From the NCBI GenBank assembly GCA_902797065.1, contig CADBRK010000085.1:1-33991 (forward strand): DNA of 33,991 bases, in the 5' to 3' direction. Positions within the stretch are counted from its first letter, which is position 1; each line of letters starts with the position of its first letter. The notes under the pieces are model-generated. The model ran no database searches. It saw only the letters and a program-made list of their open reading frames with translations, and was not told the origin of the DNA. Of the stretch, positions 33,893-33,991 are shown in pieces. Source of the DNA: an uncultured Ruminococcus sp. GTDB taxonomy: Bacteria > Bacillota > Clostridia > Oscillospirales > Acutalibacteraceae. The position numbers and the translations under genes are program-made.

Positions 33893-33991
33893 TACGGAAA
33901 GATAGGCTCAACCCCAAAAATCGTTGAAACTTGAAAACAGGGATAAAAAGGTGTATTCTAATAACGGTGATGAAAATGTCGATAACAGTAG

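Noticed and set aside
33970-33991. A possible start of a further gene (ATGAAAATG...) at the window end.
   Set aside because: Only about 7 codons are visible and the RBS spacing is ambiguous, so it cannot be supported.
1-33991. A scan of the whole window for CRISPR arrays, tRNA or rRNA genes, transposases, integrases and phage structural genes.
   Set aside because: No regularly spaced direct repeats were seen. No ORF carries recognisable DDE, tyrosine-recombinase or serine-recombinase motifs. The only repeats found are those listed as features.

Overview
This is a chromosomal segment from a spore-forming Firmicute. Gene content suggests class Clostridia, but that is inference and there is no rRNA or tRNA in the window to confirm it. 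Most of the window is conserved housekeeping and sporulation synteny. On the + strand: MOP flippase, mazG, hup, yabO-like S4 protein, an RluA-family pseudouridine synthase, hypoxanthine-DNA glycosylase, a GerA-type germinant receptor, hprK, PHP phosphatase, murB, rapZ, whiA and an SseB-like protein. On the - strand there is a GHL10 hydrolase and a cell-surface glycopolymer cluster (acyltransferase-3, Stealth phosphotransferase, GT2-TagF fusion). The window ends with a macrodomain hydrolase, a PASTA protein, an XRE regulator, a histidine phosphatase, an AmyE-like lipoprotein amylase and a 4-gene operon. No CRISPR array, rRNA, tRNA, transposase, integrase or phage gene was seen. The items most worth a second look are: (1) a promoter-driven tandem array of four paralogous 2-TM proteins of unknown family at 4489-7204, one of them frameshifted, placed where yabP-yabQ-divIC would be expected; (2) the operon at 30609-33892, where a response regulator and a histidine kinase have both lost their phosphotransfer residues and sit directly upstream of a VTC (polyphosphate-polymerase-type tunnel) domain protein and a DUF4956 membrane protein; (3) a zinc-ribbon, pseudokinase, 2xPASTA membrane protein lacking every catalytic Hanks-kinase residue; (4) GerAB and GerAC fused into one ORF with an internal lipobox; (5) a perfect TTGACA-N17-TATAAT promoter followed about 30 nt later by a strong intrinsic terminator on the minus strand upstream of the acyltransferase gene (an sRNA or an attenuator); (6) a roughly 160-nt GC-rich multi-hairpin element downstream of hup. 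All functional calls come from motif recognition by eye. No database search was run.
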